Origin: Auanema rhodensis
Taxonomy: Eukaryota; Animalia; Nematoda
Direction of reading: 5' to 3'
Assembly: GCA_964057225.1 (NCBI GenBank)
Contig: OZ059899.1
Span: 7,626,001-7,690,000 of the forward strand
DNA: 64,000 bases
Part shown: in pieces, positions 41,801 to 55,419 of the stretch
How positions within the stretch are numbered: position 1 is the first letter of the stretch
Layout of the letters: each line of letters begins with the position of its first letter
Notes under the pieces: generated by a model
Database searches by the model: none
What the model saw: only the letters and a program-made list of their open reading frames with translations
What the model was told of the DNA's origin: nothing
Program-made: the position numbers and the translations under genes

Positions 41801-42970
41801 CAGACATTGTAATAGAGTCAAATGAGCGTCAGATGTTTTACTTAAACAGAAATAATGAAACTTCTAAAATTCAAAAGGAGAACCCACCTTTCTACTATCG
41901 TTGCAGCCATTTTATACAATTTTTCTTGAAGAACCGTAAGAGTAGGACGATTTGAAGCCTTGGATAAAGACTGAACTAACTGAGTATTCTTATTCCAGGT
42001 TAGCGGAAGAATATAGTTCAAAAGCGTTTGATCAGAGAGATATTGACAAGCAAGACGTACTGATAGCATATAATTAACTAGTTGGAATAGAAAAAATAAT
42101 ACCTGCCAAGAGACAATCTCTTTTTGAACATGACATATCTTGCAGAATTGAAATTTGAATATGAGGACAAAGTTCGAACAACTTTAAATTAACAGTTTAA
42201 CACAATTTATCTGAATCAGCTTACCTGATTGAGCAAAATTGATTTTTGTCTTCCGATTGTGCATTCATCGCTAATTTGTAATCCCATGAGAATGTTAAGA
42301 ACAGGATTTAGTATCTCCGGAGAATTCATTATAATCTGAATTAATCAAATAGTTATTTGAAAACAGTAACAAAATACCGTTGTGATAAGCAGTGGGCCAT
42401 AAGGTAAAGACAGTAATCGTAACGTTGTTTTTCCAACTGGTAAGAATTGTGGGAAATTGATATAAGCTACTGACAAAAGCATAGCAACATCCATGACTTC
42501 ATCTTCATTTATAAATCCAGAAGGAAATTCCTCTTTTGAAGCTAGAAACTCATAATTGTTTAGTCAAAAAGCGTTCACTTACATTCTCCAAAATAACGGA
42601 TAACCATTGAGAGCTTGCTAACATCATCAGCTTTAGCGAAGGGTATATTAAGACCCTCGTCATGTCCAGCTTGAAATTTATCTTCAAGCTCAGAATGATT
42701 CATTCTAATCAAATTCAATATCCTATTTCCTTCTGGAAACTCACTAATTCTAGCGAGTAACTCGGGCTGAAACAAATTATCAAAATATTGAAGATCTAAG
42801 GCATTTTTTACATAATGATCACCAGTGGATGCGGCATGAAAGCAGGATGATATTAGAAATGGCAGAAATAACTTAAGCTCCTCATTTGAAAACTTTTCAA
42901 CGGATTCCCAAAATTGACCATCTTGCAGTGAACAAAACAACGGTGCTAATTTCCCCAAGTTTTGTAGCAT
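38881..42970 (-). CDS. INTS2: Integrator complex subunit 2
   Basis: Multi-exon helical protein. The C-terminal motif RKIACEYIHQLFIMDKNMLKLILFQTFPLHMVPHLVEDVPSM matches the conserved INTS2 block (C..LHQMFI.DP..AKLVHFQGY...V.GIPSM). The ATG at 42970 follows a TTTTTCAG acceptor; stop 38881-38883. Confidence 0.85.
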
Positions 42971-43449
42971 TTCTGAAAAAAAAGTTTACAAAGATATCTT
43001 AACTGCAACCGTTCTTTCAAAAACGTATAAAGTAAATAAAAAATTATGAAGTTCACATTTTAAATTGAATATTCTAATTTTCAATATCGCGAAAGATACC
43101 AGAATACAAAACTACTTAATATCACAATTTTTTCAAAAAAGCACATTGTCTTGTGCTCTATAACAATTGACAACGTAATCAGCTTGCATTTATCAGTATT
43201 TTTTGAAGGTATATAGAAATGCATTTTCTAATTAAGCAACGTTTGATAAATTCTATATTAAAAATAAAAATTTTTTATTTTAATGTTGAAAACTATATTC
43301 GATGTATAATTCAAAGGCTTTTTGAAAATAAAGATTGCGCTAAATGCGGACATTGCGTAAAGCCGTTTTAATACTTGTTTAAAGTATAATGTTTATAATT
43401 CTTTTTGATTCTTGTTTCTTTATTTTTTAACAAATCAGTTAATTCAGGA
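42971..43449. promoter_or_regulatory. Compact divergent (bidirectional) promoter between INTS2 and the PAP2 phosphatase
   Basis: Head-to-head start codons ~480 bp apart, each 2 nt after an acceptor-like site (TTTTCAG|AAATG on -, ATTCAG|GAATG on +). Local CpG-containing motifs at ~43087 and 43335-43366. Confidence 0.6.
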
Positions 43450-44607
43450 ATGGTTTTGAGAAAAGTCACTTTTAGTGGTAGGCTAGGAGCCTTTAATGAT
43501 GGTGAAGATAAACGTAAAATACTTTTGAAAGGCATTATCTGCATGGGTTTAGACATATCAATTACTTTGATTATCACTATTTCAACATTCTATTTGTTTG
43601 TTAAGTACGTGCATTATTATATTTGTTTACGTAAGGTTGTGTTATTATTCAGAAAAGCAGTAGCACCTTATGAGAACGACTTTCCGTGTGGCGATGTTGG
43701 CATTCAGAATCCCTTTAAGCCAAATACTGTGGGATTGAAGCATCTTTTACTGGTCTCGCTTGGTTCTCCTTTTCTTCTTATTTTAGGTGTTGAAGCTTTT
43801 GTATTCTTAAAGTCTGAAGTAAGCGTTTTTTTCTGAAAGGGAAGTTCAATTCAAATTTTAGGGAACAAATAAATTGGCAAAATATTTAACAAGTTCGACA
43901 TTAACTTATTTGAAGTATTTGCTAGTATATGCCATTTGTACATTTGTCATGGAGTTTTTGAAAGTTTCTTTAACTATCACTATTCTTTCATATTTTATAA
44001 TTATAGTGTTCTTTTGGTCGTTTACGTCCTCACTTTGTTGCTGTATGTGAGCCCGATTGGTTAAAAATGGATTGCAAAACTGACCCTAATGCTATTATTC
44101 CAGGTGAAATCCTTTTATTTATTTCTTATTTAAAATATTTTTAGCTTCTGAAGTAATATGCCTAAATCCTGACTTTCACCGTGTTAGAACTGCCAGAACA
44201 TCCTTCCCTTCAGGACATACTGCAGCTGCTGTTTTCTCGTGGTTATTCTACTGTTTTTATCTAATTAGGTATCCTATTTTCAATTGTTTTAAAATTTCAT
44301 TGTTGTTGTTGAAGGATGGCTAGAATAACTCAATCTAGAAGCATTTTGAAATTGCGAAATATCATTTTACCTTTAATGACCTTGTGGACTGCTTTTACTG
44401 CTGTTACTAGAGTTACTGATAATTGGCACCATCCTACGGATGTTTTAGGTTCGGTTTCTTTTATTATGTTGGAAAACGTAATATAATTCAGGTGGATTAG
44501 TACTAGCTCTTGTCTGTTTCATTCCATTTTACTGGGAAACATGGACAACGGCTGAAAAAGTTTACGATAGAAGAATGATTTTCGATAGTAAACAGAAATC
44601 TAAATAA
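43450..44607 (+). CDS. PAP2-family lipid phosphate phosphatase (PLPP-like)
   Basis: Six hydrophobic segments and the catalytic motifs C1 KCSFGRLRP, C2 RTSFPSGH and C3 TRVTDNWHHPTD. Stop TAA 44605-44607. Confidence 0.9.
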
Positions 44608-44820
44608 TAGAAGTTGCCTTTTTGAATTATATTCTTTTTGAAACCCTAAATTTGAGCCTAATTGTCTCGGCTGTGATTAAATGTTATGAACTGTGATATA
44701 GTTTTATTATAAATAATTTTATACTATTGTTTTTGATTAGTTAGCAGAGGTTTTCATTACCTTCTATTTTTGTTAAAATATAAAGCATTTATCATTTTTT
44801 ATAATATAGGGTGTTTCAAC

Positions 44821-46180
44821 ATGACCATTTCGAGGAAAGAAGCAGAAAAAGCGTTCCTCGATATTATACAGAAGTATACGATTTGTTTTCAATTATTTCT
44901 AAAAGCTTAAAGAATAGGTTGGATGGAAAAACAGTACCGGAATTTTTGTCATGGGTAACAACATCATTTTCGCTAGATAAAGAAGAAGACAAGCCAAAAT
45001 ATATCAGAGATGCTACTACATCTATGTTGGCTATCGCAGCTCATTTACGTGCGCAGGTTTTTTCTTATAAGGAATAATTACTTAGCTTATGTGTTCAGAT
45101 TCCTTTAAAAGGGTATCTAGAGTCGGAGAAGATTGCATTTCCGAAAGCAGGCTTAGATTCTGACTGTGATGATCGGAACACTGTAATTTTATTTTTATTA
45201 GCCAATACTTCATAAATGATTAAGATTCATGTGGATTGTTTTTTATTTGATGATGAATGTGTTGAAGAGTTTGTAGAAGCTGGTGAATTAAGCAGGTAAA
45301 TATGAATTATGAACATGGACAAAGTTTAGTTTTGCTTCAGGAATTACTGTTTAGATTGTGGTTCGAAGAACACCAAAGCTCTGACATTCATCAGTCATAG
45401 TTTAGCTCCTGCCCAGGTTGAGTTATTTGGAGTAAATGTTAATATGTTTCCTCAATGTTTAGTTGGAATTCATGTTCACAAAATTAGTGCCGCTAATTAA
45501 AGAGAAGGAAGATTTCGAGATTGTTGACATCGGATCTAGATTAGGACCAGTAATTTATTCTGCTCACTTCTACAGGTTATTCAATATTTTCCTGATAAAC
45601 ATGCAGACTTCTTTTTCAGTAATGGTAGATCTCATGTAACTGGAATAGAAATGAATGAAGACCTTTGTAAAATTCAAAGGGAAGTAATTGATGAATTCGG
45701 ATTAAGCGTATGCGTAAGATATTCTATTTACTTAATATTTTTATTTTTAGAACATAGACGTTGTATGTTCAGATGTTAGAAATCAAGAAGATATTATTCG
45801 AAAAGCCAATCTTATTGTTATGAATAATGTTTTTAACTTTTTTATGAGTGAGGCGGAACAGGTAATAATCGATTTTTGGCTGTGATCTATATGAATTTAG
45901 ATTGCCTGCTGGAATTTCTTACGTTCTCACGTCTCTCCAGGGTGTTTGTTGATTCACAATCCTAGTATTCATGAGACAATTGAACATCTTCAACTAGATT
46001 TCCCAATTGAAGAATGGTTAGAGGAGGTTTGAACAAGAAATACAGCTAAATCCATTGCATTGACTTGTTAAGATACCAACTAACCAATTAATAGCAGAAT
46101 TCGCAGGAACAAATGAGGAAGTTTTTGAAGATTGTGCCAACCTTCATTTCTACCGGGTATTACCGTTTAAGGAGTATTAA
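44821..46180 (+). CDS. Uncharacterised class I SAM-dependent methyltransferase with a CxxC motif
   Basis: Nine or ten exons splice to MTISRKEAEKAF...IHVDCFLFDDECVEEFVEAGELSRNYCLDCGSKNTKALTFISHS...IVDIGSRLGPVIYSA...VTGIEMNEDLCKIQ...VVCSDV...LIVMNNVFNFF...RVLPFKEY*. Motif I, post-I and motif II of a Rossmann methyltransferase are visible. Confidence 0.85.
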
Positions 46181-46579
46181 ACATCTTCTTTATTGTAAAC
46201 AGTTGTTGATGTTGTTATTTGAATATTCATTAAAAATTTTGTTGAGTTATCAAACGGTAAAAGTTCAATTTCTTGTTAAACTAGTTGTTGTTGTTGTTGT
46301 TATGAATATAAGTTCTTTTTTATAAAAAAGTTATTATTATTATTATTACATAATATGAACTCGTATGTAACAAAAGGTCGCAATGAGATTCAATGAATCC
46401 AAGTTTAATAGCTTCAAAACCCGATAAATTCTAAATCGTAATAAGAAACGAATAGGCGTAGGTGAGATTCAACATGAAATATGATATTCAACTTAATTGA
46501 CGGCTTTGGCATGCCGAAGAACAGATCATTCCATAATAAAAAAAGGATAAATACATGACTAAATGTGGAAAGAGCATGG

Positions 46580-49500
46580 TTACTGCGGTGGTATGAGCCT
46601 TTGTTTTTCAAGTTGTTCTAACTGAGTTGCTTTCTCATAATCCCATCCGGGAGCTTTTTCATCATCTGAAGTTGATTTTGTTCGAGATTTTTCCACAGGC
46701 ATCACCACAATTGTCCTTTCTTTCGATTTATCATTTCTGCAAAAAAAACGAATTGCAGTTATAATTTATTCATAACAGTTTTAATACTTACTCAATGATG
46801 TCATTTTTATGTCTGATAGACCGACCATCACTTCCATATATCTTTGTTGTATTTTGAATTGTTGTAAAAGAAGAAGGAGCACAATAGCTTACATCCTGTA
46901 ACTGACATAGAATTATAACAGTTTCTTTGTGTTCTAAAGATTATTTAAAGAAAGAACATATTTACTTGCTATGTAAATAGAAAAAGTGAATAATTGAAAG
47001 TTTGAATTCATTATAAAAGGTAAAAATATTCGAATGCAATAGCATTAATGAAACTTAAATGGTATCGAAATGCCATTATATTAACGAATACGATGAATTT
47101 TTTTTTCAGAGTTCAATATTACAGTGGAATATTCAGAAAACAATTTTTATATTTGGTTATAACTCTTATGAAAATATGTTTGAAAAAATAATGCAAGCAA
47201 ACATAGCATGACCTACCGGATCTGAACCTAGATGAGCCAGCTTATATAATGATAGACCACATGCTGTCGATAGAATCAACTGACGGCATGATTTCCGAAA
47301 ACGTTTGCCCCATATTATGAAGACCCAAAAGTTGCTGGAGCAATTCAGAACAATCAAAAAGTTGCTAACATCCACAAATAATGAGGCAAGTGGGCTTCGC
47401 ATGAAAGCCTGCTGACCAACTAACTGCAACAGTTTGAGATGAATTGAATTTCTTTAAAATAAAACGAAGAAATTAGACTGTATGCTTAATTGCAAGTAAG
47501 TTAACCATCAACTTTTTTGTTATTAAAAAGCATATTATGTTATAAAGCTTACATGTTCAAGTACGTCGATTACGGTAGGTAGAATATCGGAGATCAAAAA
47601 TTTTGCTATGACAAGTACCAGCATAATATTAGATTTATGTTCTTTTCTTGAATTCATTCTGGAGTTAAGAACAATTAAAATAATAATAAGAAGAAAAGTA
47701 ATGAAAAACCTTGTAGAATGACATTTTTTACTTCTAGCATCAACATCTGTATTAGGAGCACATAGTGATTTTCTAAAAACAAAGTAAAAGGTCAGTAGAA
47801 TACATATATATTTTAAATATTATTATTAATAAAGTTTAATTACCTCTTAGCAATAGCTGTACGTAATGCTAACGATATCCTGAGTGTTAGAGCAAATAAT
47901 AATAAGCAAGGACATAAGGTTACAAATAGCATAGCAAGTATTATATGATAAACAGTCCAATATATTTTATTCTGAAACAGGAAATGCATTAGTAAATTTT
48001 TTGAATTTTGACACGCAATATTCAATAAATATTATATAATTAATTCTTTTCTCTATTTTTTAATGGATAAAGGAAAATTCTTTTCCATTTTCAGCCAATT
48101 GAAAAAGTATCATTTCCATTTTTACAAATGCATGAAACTGACATATGTGACATCAACAGTTACATGACGTAACTGTTGGTGTTGATGATGATTATTTTAA
48201 AATATTTCTACTTTGAAACAATGTTATGATTAATTTAAAATGAGAAAAGTAATCAAAACTGTGTTATTTTCTTTTTATTCCTGTTTAATATTATATACAT
48301 ATGTATGTATAAATATATGTATTATATATTAAGATAGAAACTTACATCAAATAAAGAAGTTCTATCAATTCCAATATTGAGCTCGTTTTGTTGATTAGTG
48401 AATGTTATTACTTCAACCTATATTTATTTATTTATATGTATATGAGAATATATTTATATAATATTACCTCAAAAAATCGTGGTAATGAAAATAAAACAGC
48501 CAATAACGATACTATAACCATGAGTCTTTTCACCCGACTGTAATATAATATGTATTTTTATGAAATTAAAATAATCTTATATTTATTTTTTAATTATTAT
48601 ATATTAAAATATCTATATATCTAATTATTCATATTAAATTTATTTGAAAAGAAAATTCCTTTTTAACTTATAATTACATTTTTTCCCAACAAATGTTGGA
48701 TAAGTTCAAATGATGATGACATTTGCTGAGATGAAAGACTAGCTTCTAAATGTAAAATTTCTCTTGATATTTTACAAAATTTTGTTTAAAATAATTTTTT
48801 TTGAATCTATTGTTAATATTTATAAAGGAACAACATTATTTGAATCATAGAATTAAAATCTATATCTTTACATAGTAAATAATTATTTTTTTTTGTATAA
48901 AAATATTAAAATCTTATCGAAATGAATAATTTTTCTATAATAAAGAATTATTATATCCTATATATATCCTATATATATATATAATAAAGAAATATAAAAA
49001 TAAAAGTACATATAACTTTTTCAGAAAATATTTGTTTTTGCATATTTTTGACTTACATATACAATGTATGTATATATTTTATATATATTTAGATTATATC
49101 TTAAATACATATATAATAGGTTTCTTAGTTTTTTTTCTAAACTTTTCATGTTATGGAGAATAAGTTTAGAAATAATCTAGATTGAAATTTCAAAACAAGC
49201 ACTATTGAGCAGTTCAAATAAATTAAACTGAAGTTCATTAGTATATATCTGCTTCCTCATAAAAATTAACAAAAGTATTACAATTATATACATATTCATC
49301 TATTTATGTACTATTAAATAGTATAAACATCATATGTTATATTTAAAAAAAATTATTTTTACCTCTTTTTTCCAATAGCACGATGCTTTAATGGTTGGCA
49401 TAAAGCCAAATATCTATCTATCGTTAATGTGAGAACAATCCATACAGATCCAGTATGAGTTGTATTAGCAAATGTGTAAACATAAGGATAGATATGTACA

Positions 49501-50154
49501 TATGTACCTAAAAATTGTATTTTTAATTAAATAAATCAATGAATTATTATATTTTTAAATTAAAAAATAAAATAAAATGTAACCTGTCGAGACTAAATGT
49601 CCGAATAGAAGATGTGGCAAGGAATATAGCAAGAAAGCATTAGCTAGCAAAGCTGTTTGCCACATGGTTAAGGTAACCTATAAATGAAAATATAATTAAG
49701 AAATATTTTATATTTAATAGAAACTAAAATATTATAATTTTTTTTTATGAATAACCAAAATTTCATATGTATTTGTTAATATTATATTTTAAAAAAAATA
49801 AACAAGAAAGAAACTGTTGTTTTAACAATTTTGTCTTTCTGGAATATAGAATCTGATTTAAATTAAAAAAAAAAACATAAACATAATTTTTCTTAATTTA
49901 TAATTATACAGTCAAATTCAAATTTTCAATATAATATACAGTCCAATGCTTACCAAATAATACTGAATAGCTGGCGTTCCTCCTCGCTCACATCGTAAGA
50001 ATATGTATATGGAAAACATATTTAATACGATTCCAGTGAAGACGAAAAACGCCGTCAGGTAACCGTTTAATAGATGAGATAGCATCTGGATCAAATAAAT
50101 TAGAATAGAATATCCAGAAAATGAAGTCTGACTATCTTCGGACTGGGCAGCCAT
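46580..50154 (-). CDS. Rhodopsin-family neuropeptide GPCR (FMRFamide-receptor/frpr-like), ~11 exons
   Basis: TM1 GIVLN; TM3 TGSVWIVLTLTIDRYLALCQPL; TM4 FSLPRFFE; TM5 YWTVYHIILAMLFVTLCPCLLLFALT; TM6 AKFLISDILPT; TM7 SNFLIVLNCSSNFWVF. Stop 46580-46582. Confidence 0.9.
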
Positions 50155-53100
50155 TGCTGCCCGAGGCTATCTGAAAAAAACAAATGATTAAAATCTAAAT
50201 AAGTAATATTACAGATATATTAATATATTTATATTTCATGAATCTTGTTTTTTTTATTTGGAAGAAAGAGTGAAAAAAAAATTAAACAAAATTTAGAAAT
50301 ATAATAATAAAGTTTAATATATAAATTGAATATGAATAAGATTCTAAAAGATTCAAGTAAATAGAAATCAAATTATTAAATGAAAAAAAGTTACTTTTTC
50401 ATATTAAACTACTCGTTTTCACTACATATTACTAGAAAGATTCTCAAGATTTCAAAAAAAAATAAAATTTTTAAAAATAGTTTCGAATAGAAAATAGCTT
50501 CACGTAATGACAAATTTAACATGTATTTATATATTCAGAAAGTCAAATGTTGAATATGATTCTGTGAATTGAACTTGTGTCAAATATGAGCCAAAGGACG
50601 TTGACCTTTTGTTGCCTAAGGGACAAATATTTATAAATAGAAATTAAAGTTTCTCCTTTAAAACGTTTTTCATAAATGACGTCTGCTACTGTTCGAGTTA
50701 ATTCAAATCATATTATTAATAAATTTCTTTATTTAACAATTGTATTGAAAATGATTTCAAACTTAGCAACTTTTGCAAGGATTTTCATGAATGTTTTGAT
50801 AAGCTTCAGTTTAATTAATTTAACGACTAAGCTTATATTTCAAAAAGATATGTGTTTAAATCGGCAATTTGCAACAGAAATAGTGAATGCAATAGAAATT
50901 CAAGTACAAAAACAATATTAAATGAGAATAGTTAGGAAGGTTTGTAATAAATGATTGAAACTATAATATGAACTGTTTCATATAAATATTTCATATACAT
51001 TATATTTATAGAAACATAAAGATACAAACGTATATATACATATATATTCATTATATATTTCTATAAGCTCATCAAGACTTATGCGTTCAGCGTCGTTTTG
51101 AAAAGAAACTTGCAAGCACTACGTTTTTTTCATTATTCGAGCTAAAGCTTCATCTTCCATACATATCTATCTCACAAACTTTTTTTTAATTTTTCGTGTT
51201 TTCTCAATCTTAATATCATAATTTCTCATACTATTTTTACTTCTTAACATACATATATGTATGTAGATGTATAAATATCTTTGTCTGCGTTAATCGCTTT
51301 TCACCTAATTATGGGACGAGCATAATGCAGAAAAATTCTTTTCTATCTAGAAAACTCCACTTTGCTTGATATTTGCTTCCTCAAATACCGAGAACATTGC
51401 AATTTCAAATTGAAATAATTGGTTGACAACCTTCTAAACAATAGATCCAGAGCTTTTTAATAGTTGAAAATGACAATATGACTTGCAGATAATGTCTAGA
51501 CTCATGCTAAATCATTCATTATCTTTGTCTTTCTCATTCTCTCTTTGTACTCTGTTATCATTACATCTGAATGTTGTTAGATGAGTATAGTCTGAACAAG
51601 TATTTGAGAAAATTTGAAACATGTGAAATAGAATTAGTAATAAAAGTGAATATTATAGATTATACAGAATATACAGATTATATAATATAGAATATAATAT
51701 TCAAATAATATAGATTTATAAGAGAATTTATTCCAATTGTAATAAATGTTCTGAACAGTGTCAGTAGTTTCATACATTGATTAATTAGAAAATAATAATT
51801 TTTATTTAGAAATATTTGATTTTTTAAATATTTGATATTAATAAACAAGATATAAGAAGTATATGTATATGTGTATTTATAATTAGAAATATTAATTAGA
51901 AAAAGTTTAAGGAAATATCAGAATTAAAAAAAGCGAAACATGTATACATCACACATATGTATGTATATATCTCAATATAAAAGTATTAATAATTTATTAA
52001 TAAAACATTATAAAGAGAAAAGAAAAAGGAAAAGGAGGTGGAAAGGGGGGGGGGGAGGGAAGAGGAGGGCTGGAAGCTTATAGTTGAAGAGAAGAAAAGA
52101 ATTCAAATTTTGAAAAGAAGATAAAAGAAGATAATTTTAGATATTTAAACTTGTCCCTTTAGTGTTCATAATTAAATTTATTCTTTTAATAGTATTTTCT
52201 TTTATATTAAAAATATAAATCAATCGTTCTTCTATTCTATCTATGCACATATATATATTAAAATAAAGTATTCTTGGAATCAGTTTATAAAATTCTAAAA
52301 AAGTGTCGAGCATCAGTCAATTAATAAGTTTGTAAAGCTTCAAGAAGATTAATGTGTCAAATGAATCTATCAGCTCTATATATCTTATTTGGAAGTGACA
52401 GCCAAAAAAATAGCAGAGGAAACAAGGAGAAATGAGACGAAATACTGGATAAATGGACATCAACATACTCATTTTAGATGCCATATATCGTTCTATATAT
52501 ATTTCATTGACAAAAAATATATAATAGATGTGTTTATAGCCTGATGAGTTCAAACTAGGTTATTCTTTCCAAGACTCATAATTATTTCTATCCAAATAAA
52601 CATCAATTGCTTTATATGATTCATATATTGAATACATATTTCATGAAGTACTTTTTACTTTTAACTGTACATCAAGTTATCTTTAGCTTAATTTTATAAT
52701 TTCTATTTTATCACTTGAAAAACAAAAAATAATCATAAAAAGTCACATAATAAGTAAAGTTTTAGACACGTACATCAACATATTTCCATGTTTTCTTGCA
52801 AAATGTGATGTCATTGGATAATGAACCTCATGTTATTTTCAAGTTATTTGATTCGAAAACGGTTCCATACAAGCATTTCTCAGATTTATGCAATCTAATG
52901 TTCGGTTACATTTTTTTCACAGGGGATTCTTAGGTTTTTCTAATGAAGGTTTGAGAACTTCATATAAAGATATCAGATGCAGATTGGTTCAAGCTTCAAG
53001 TTTGCACGAAGTTGTTTTTGACACTTTTCTTCGCTTAAACAAACTTTAATTGAAAATTTATTGAGATAAATAAAAAAATGTTAGTATTCGATTAGCTTAG

Positions 53101-54088
53101 ATTATGATTATACAATTGAAATAAAAATTATATCTTTACAAAAATGATTAAATGATAAAGTGAACTATAACTTAAATATAAATAATATTTAAATAAGATA
53201 ATATTTTAAAATTATATTCTATTTAAAGTTAATTTAAATATTTTTTCATAAAGATATGATCTAAATATTCAAATAGTAAAAGAGTTAAAATTTTTCTTTA
53301 TAAAAAAACTAAAATAAATTACTTTTTACATATGTAAGCTCGTATGTATTCTAGGTTATGCACTACAATGCCCTTACTCCGTTTTAAACTAATTTTAATG
53401 TTAAAGTTAGTTAAGTTCTTTCCATTTTTTTTGAAAAATAAAAACATATAGTTGAATAGATATGATAAAATATAAAATATTTCTATATTATATGATACAT
53501 ATGCATACGCATGTAAGTATACTATACATATATATATAAACTAATTAATTATTCTTCAATTAAAAAAAAATTAGAAACAAAACTATAAACTTGGTTGACT
53601 TTTGTTGTTGTTTTGTTTTGTAACTGGTTTTTATAAATATGAGAGTCAAGTGTCCGAAATGAAACATTGAAGGCTGAAGGGTAAAATGATATGTCAATCT
53701 CTTTATGAAAATTAGAAATAAAAAATTTTTTTTTAAAGAATGATAACAGTTCATTAAATAACTTTTATTTCAAACTTTGATTATGAGGTAAAATGTTGGG
53801 GTTAGAGATGTCAGATGGTAAGTTTCATTTCCTATTTGATGGTAAAAGTATCAAAACAGGATGCGAACACGTATGGTGGTTGAATTAAGAACTGAATGGA
53901 AACAAAGAGAACATGGTAAATTAAAAATTGTGTTGATGAAAAAACGTAAAAATAACCTTTTTCTAAGTTTTAATGATGTCTTACATTCTAACAATCAAAT
54001 AGTAAGAAAGGTTTCTTTTTTTTCTTTTTGTCTCTCTTTTTTCTCATTAACAACTTCGGTATCTCTCTTTCTCTGTGACATACACACA

Positions 54089-54093
<5 letters not shown>

Positions 54094-54133
<40 letters not shown>
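54094..54133. repeat. (CT)n microsatellite
   Basis: Directly visible. Confidence 0.9.
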
Positions 54134-54137
<4 letters not shown>

Positions 54138-55347
54138 TCTTCTTATTTTTCAACCTCTCTTCTTTCATTTAAATGATTAAATAGCTGAGGAATAAGTGAT
54201 ATAACGTTGATTAACAGTTTATTAGATGAGCAATATGAACATTTCTAGAAAAGGGCAATGTGGATTTCTAATGGAATAACTTGAGAATAAATGAGAAGAG
54301 GAGGGTGGAAAAGGATATTGAGAATTAAAAAATATCGAATTGTTTTGTTTTAGTTATGAAATTAAAAAATTGTTGATTAAATGAGTTGGTGGAGGAATTG
54401 TAATGACATCCACTAAAAGGGAAGAAGATTATTTCATACATCATGTAAAAGAGAAAAAGAGAGTAGATAGAAGTTAATCATTCCAAGATGACGATAATGA
54501 GGAGGAGAGAAATAAAAAAAATAAATTGGAATATAAGGTGAAGCTTATGATAGACGTCATTTAACAAAGTATAAATATATTTCTGTTTTTGGAAAAATGA
54601 GTTATATCATTTAAAAGCACACGGAAAAGATCAGAATGTGTTTGGACGTAGAAGGCCTGCCTTGCTTCTCTTGAAGGAGCTTCAGCTTTTTAATACATGA
54701 TACAAACTGTGAATAGCACACGCTTCGTTCAAGTTTTAAAGATCATGGACAGCCCGTCTTCATCGAAGTAGATATGCTTGAAATATATATTAACAGAATG
54801 ACAAGCTTTACTATGGTTCAATGACATCATCACCTTTAATGATTTTAAAAATGTGGTGTACGATGTACGGAAATTGACATAAGCTTTAGAAGTGAGTCAA
54901 AAATGAAAAAAAAAGAAATTGTATATGTGATTAAAGCATAAAGTTATAATTGGAAACAGGAACAAGTTTAAAAAGATAAAATTAGCAACATCACTACTTG
55001 GCTATTCAGGAAGTGCCTTGAAAGGCAACGACAGCGGAGACATTGCTAGTGAAGGATGACGCGAATGTATAAAGCAAGATATTGTAAGTAATAAAGAGAG
55101 AACAGGGAAGAGAATAAGAAGAAAATGGATAAAAGTTTTTGAAGAGGACATATCCATATTACTTATTCTGTTCTGCCAGTTATGAATTATTGACTTAACA
55201 AATTAGTAAAAATGAGAAATATATGTGATATGTTTTAGAAGCATATAGTAACTTGATCCAGATTTTAATTCTGAAGCAAAAATGATCTGCTATATGATTA
55301 CATATGTGCTTCCCGTTAACTACGTATTGTGTCGTCATCGCTATCAT

Positions 55348-55419
55348 CATCAGCAGTAGCATCAGCAGTAGCATCAGCAGTAGCATCAGCAGTAGCATCC
55401 GCAGTAGCATCATGAGTAA
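55348..55419. repeat. 12-bp minisatellite (CATCAGCAGTAG)n
   Basis: Four perfect copies at 55348-55395, then CATCCGCAGTAG and one degenerate copy. Confidence 0.9.

Noticed and set aside
55348-55419. Repeat array considered as CRISPR-like
   Set aside because: Head-to-tail 12-mers with no spacers, in a eukaryotic context.
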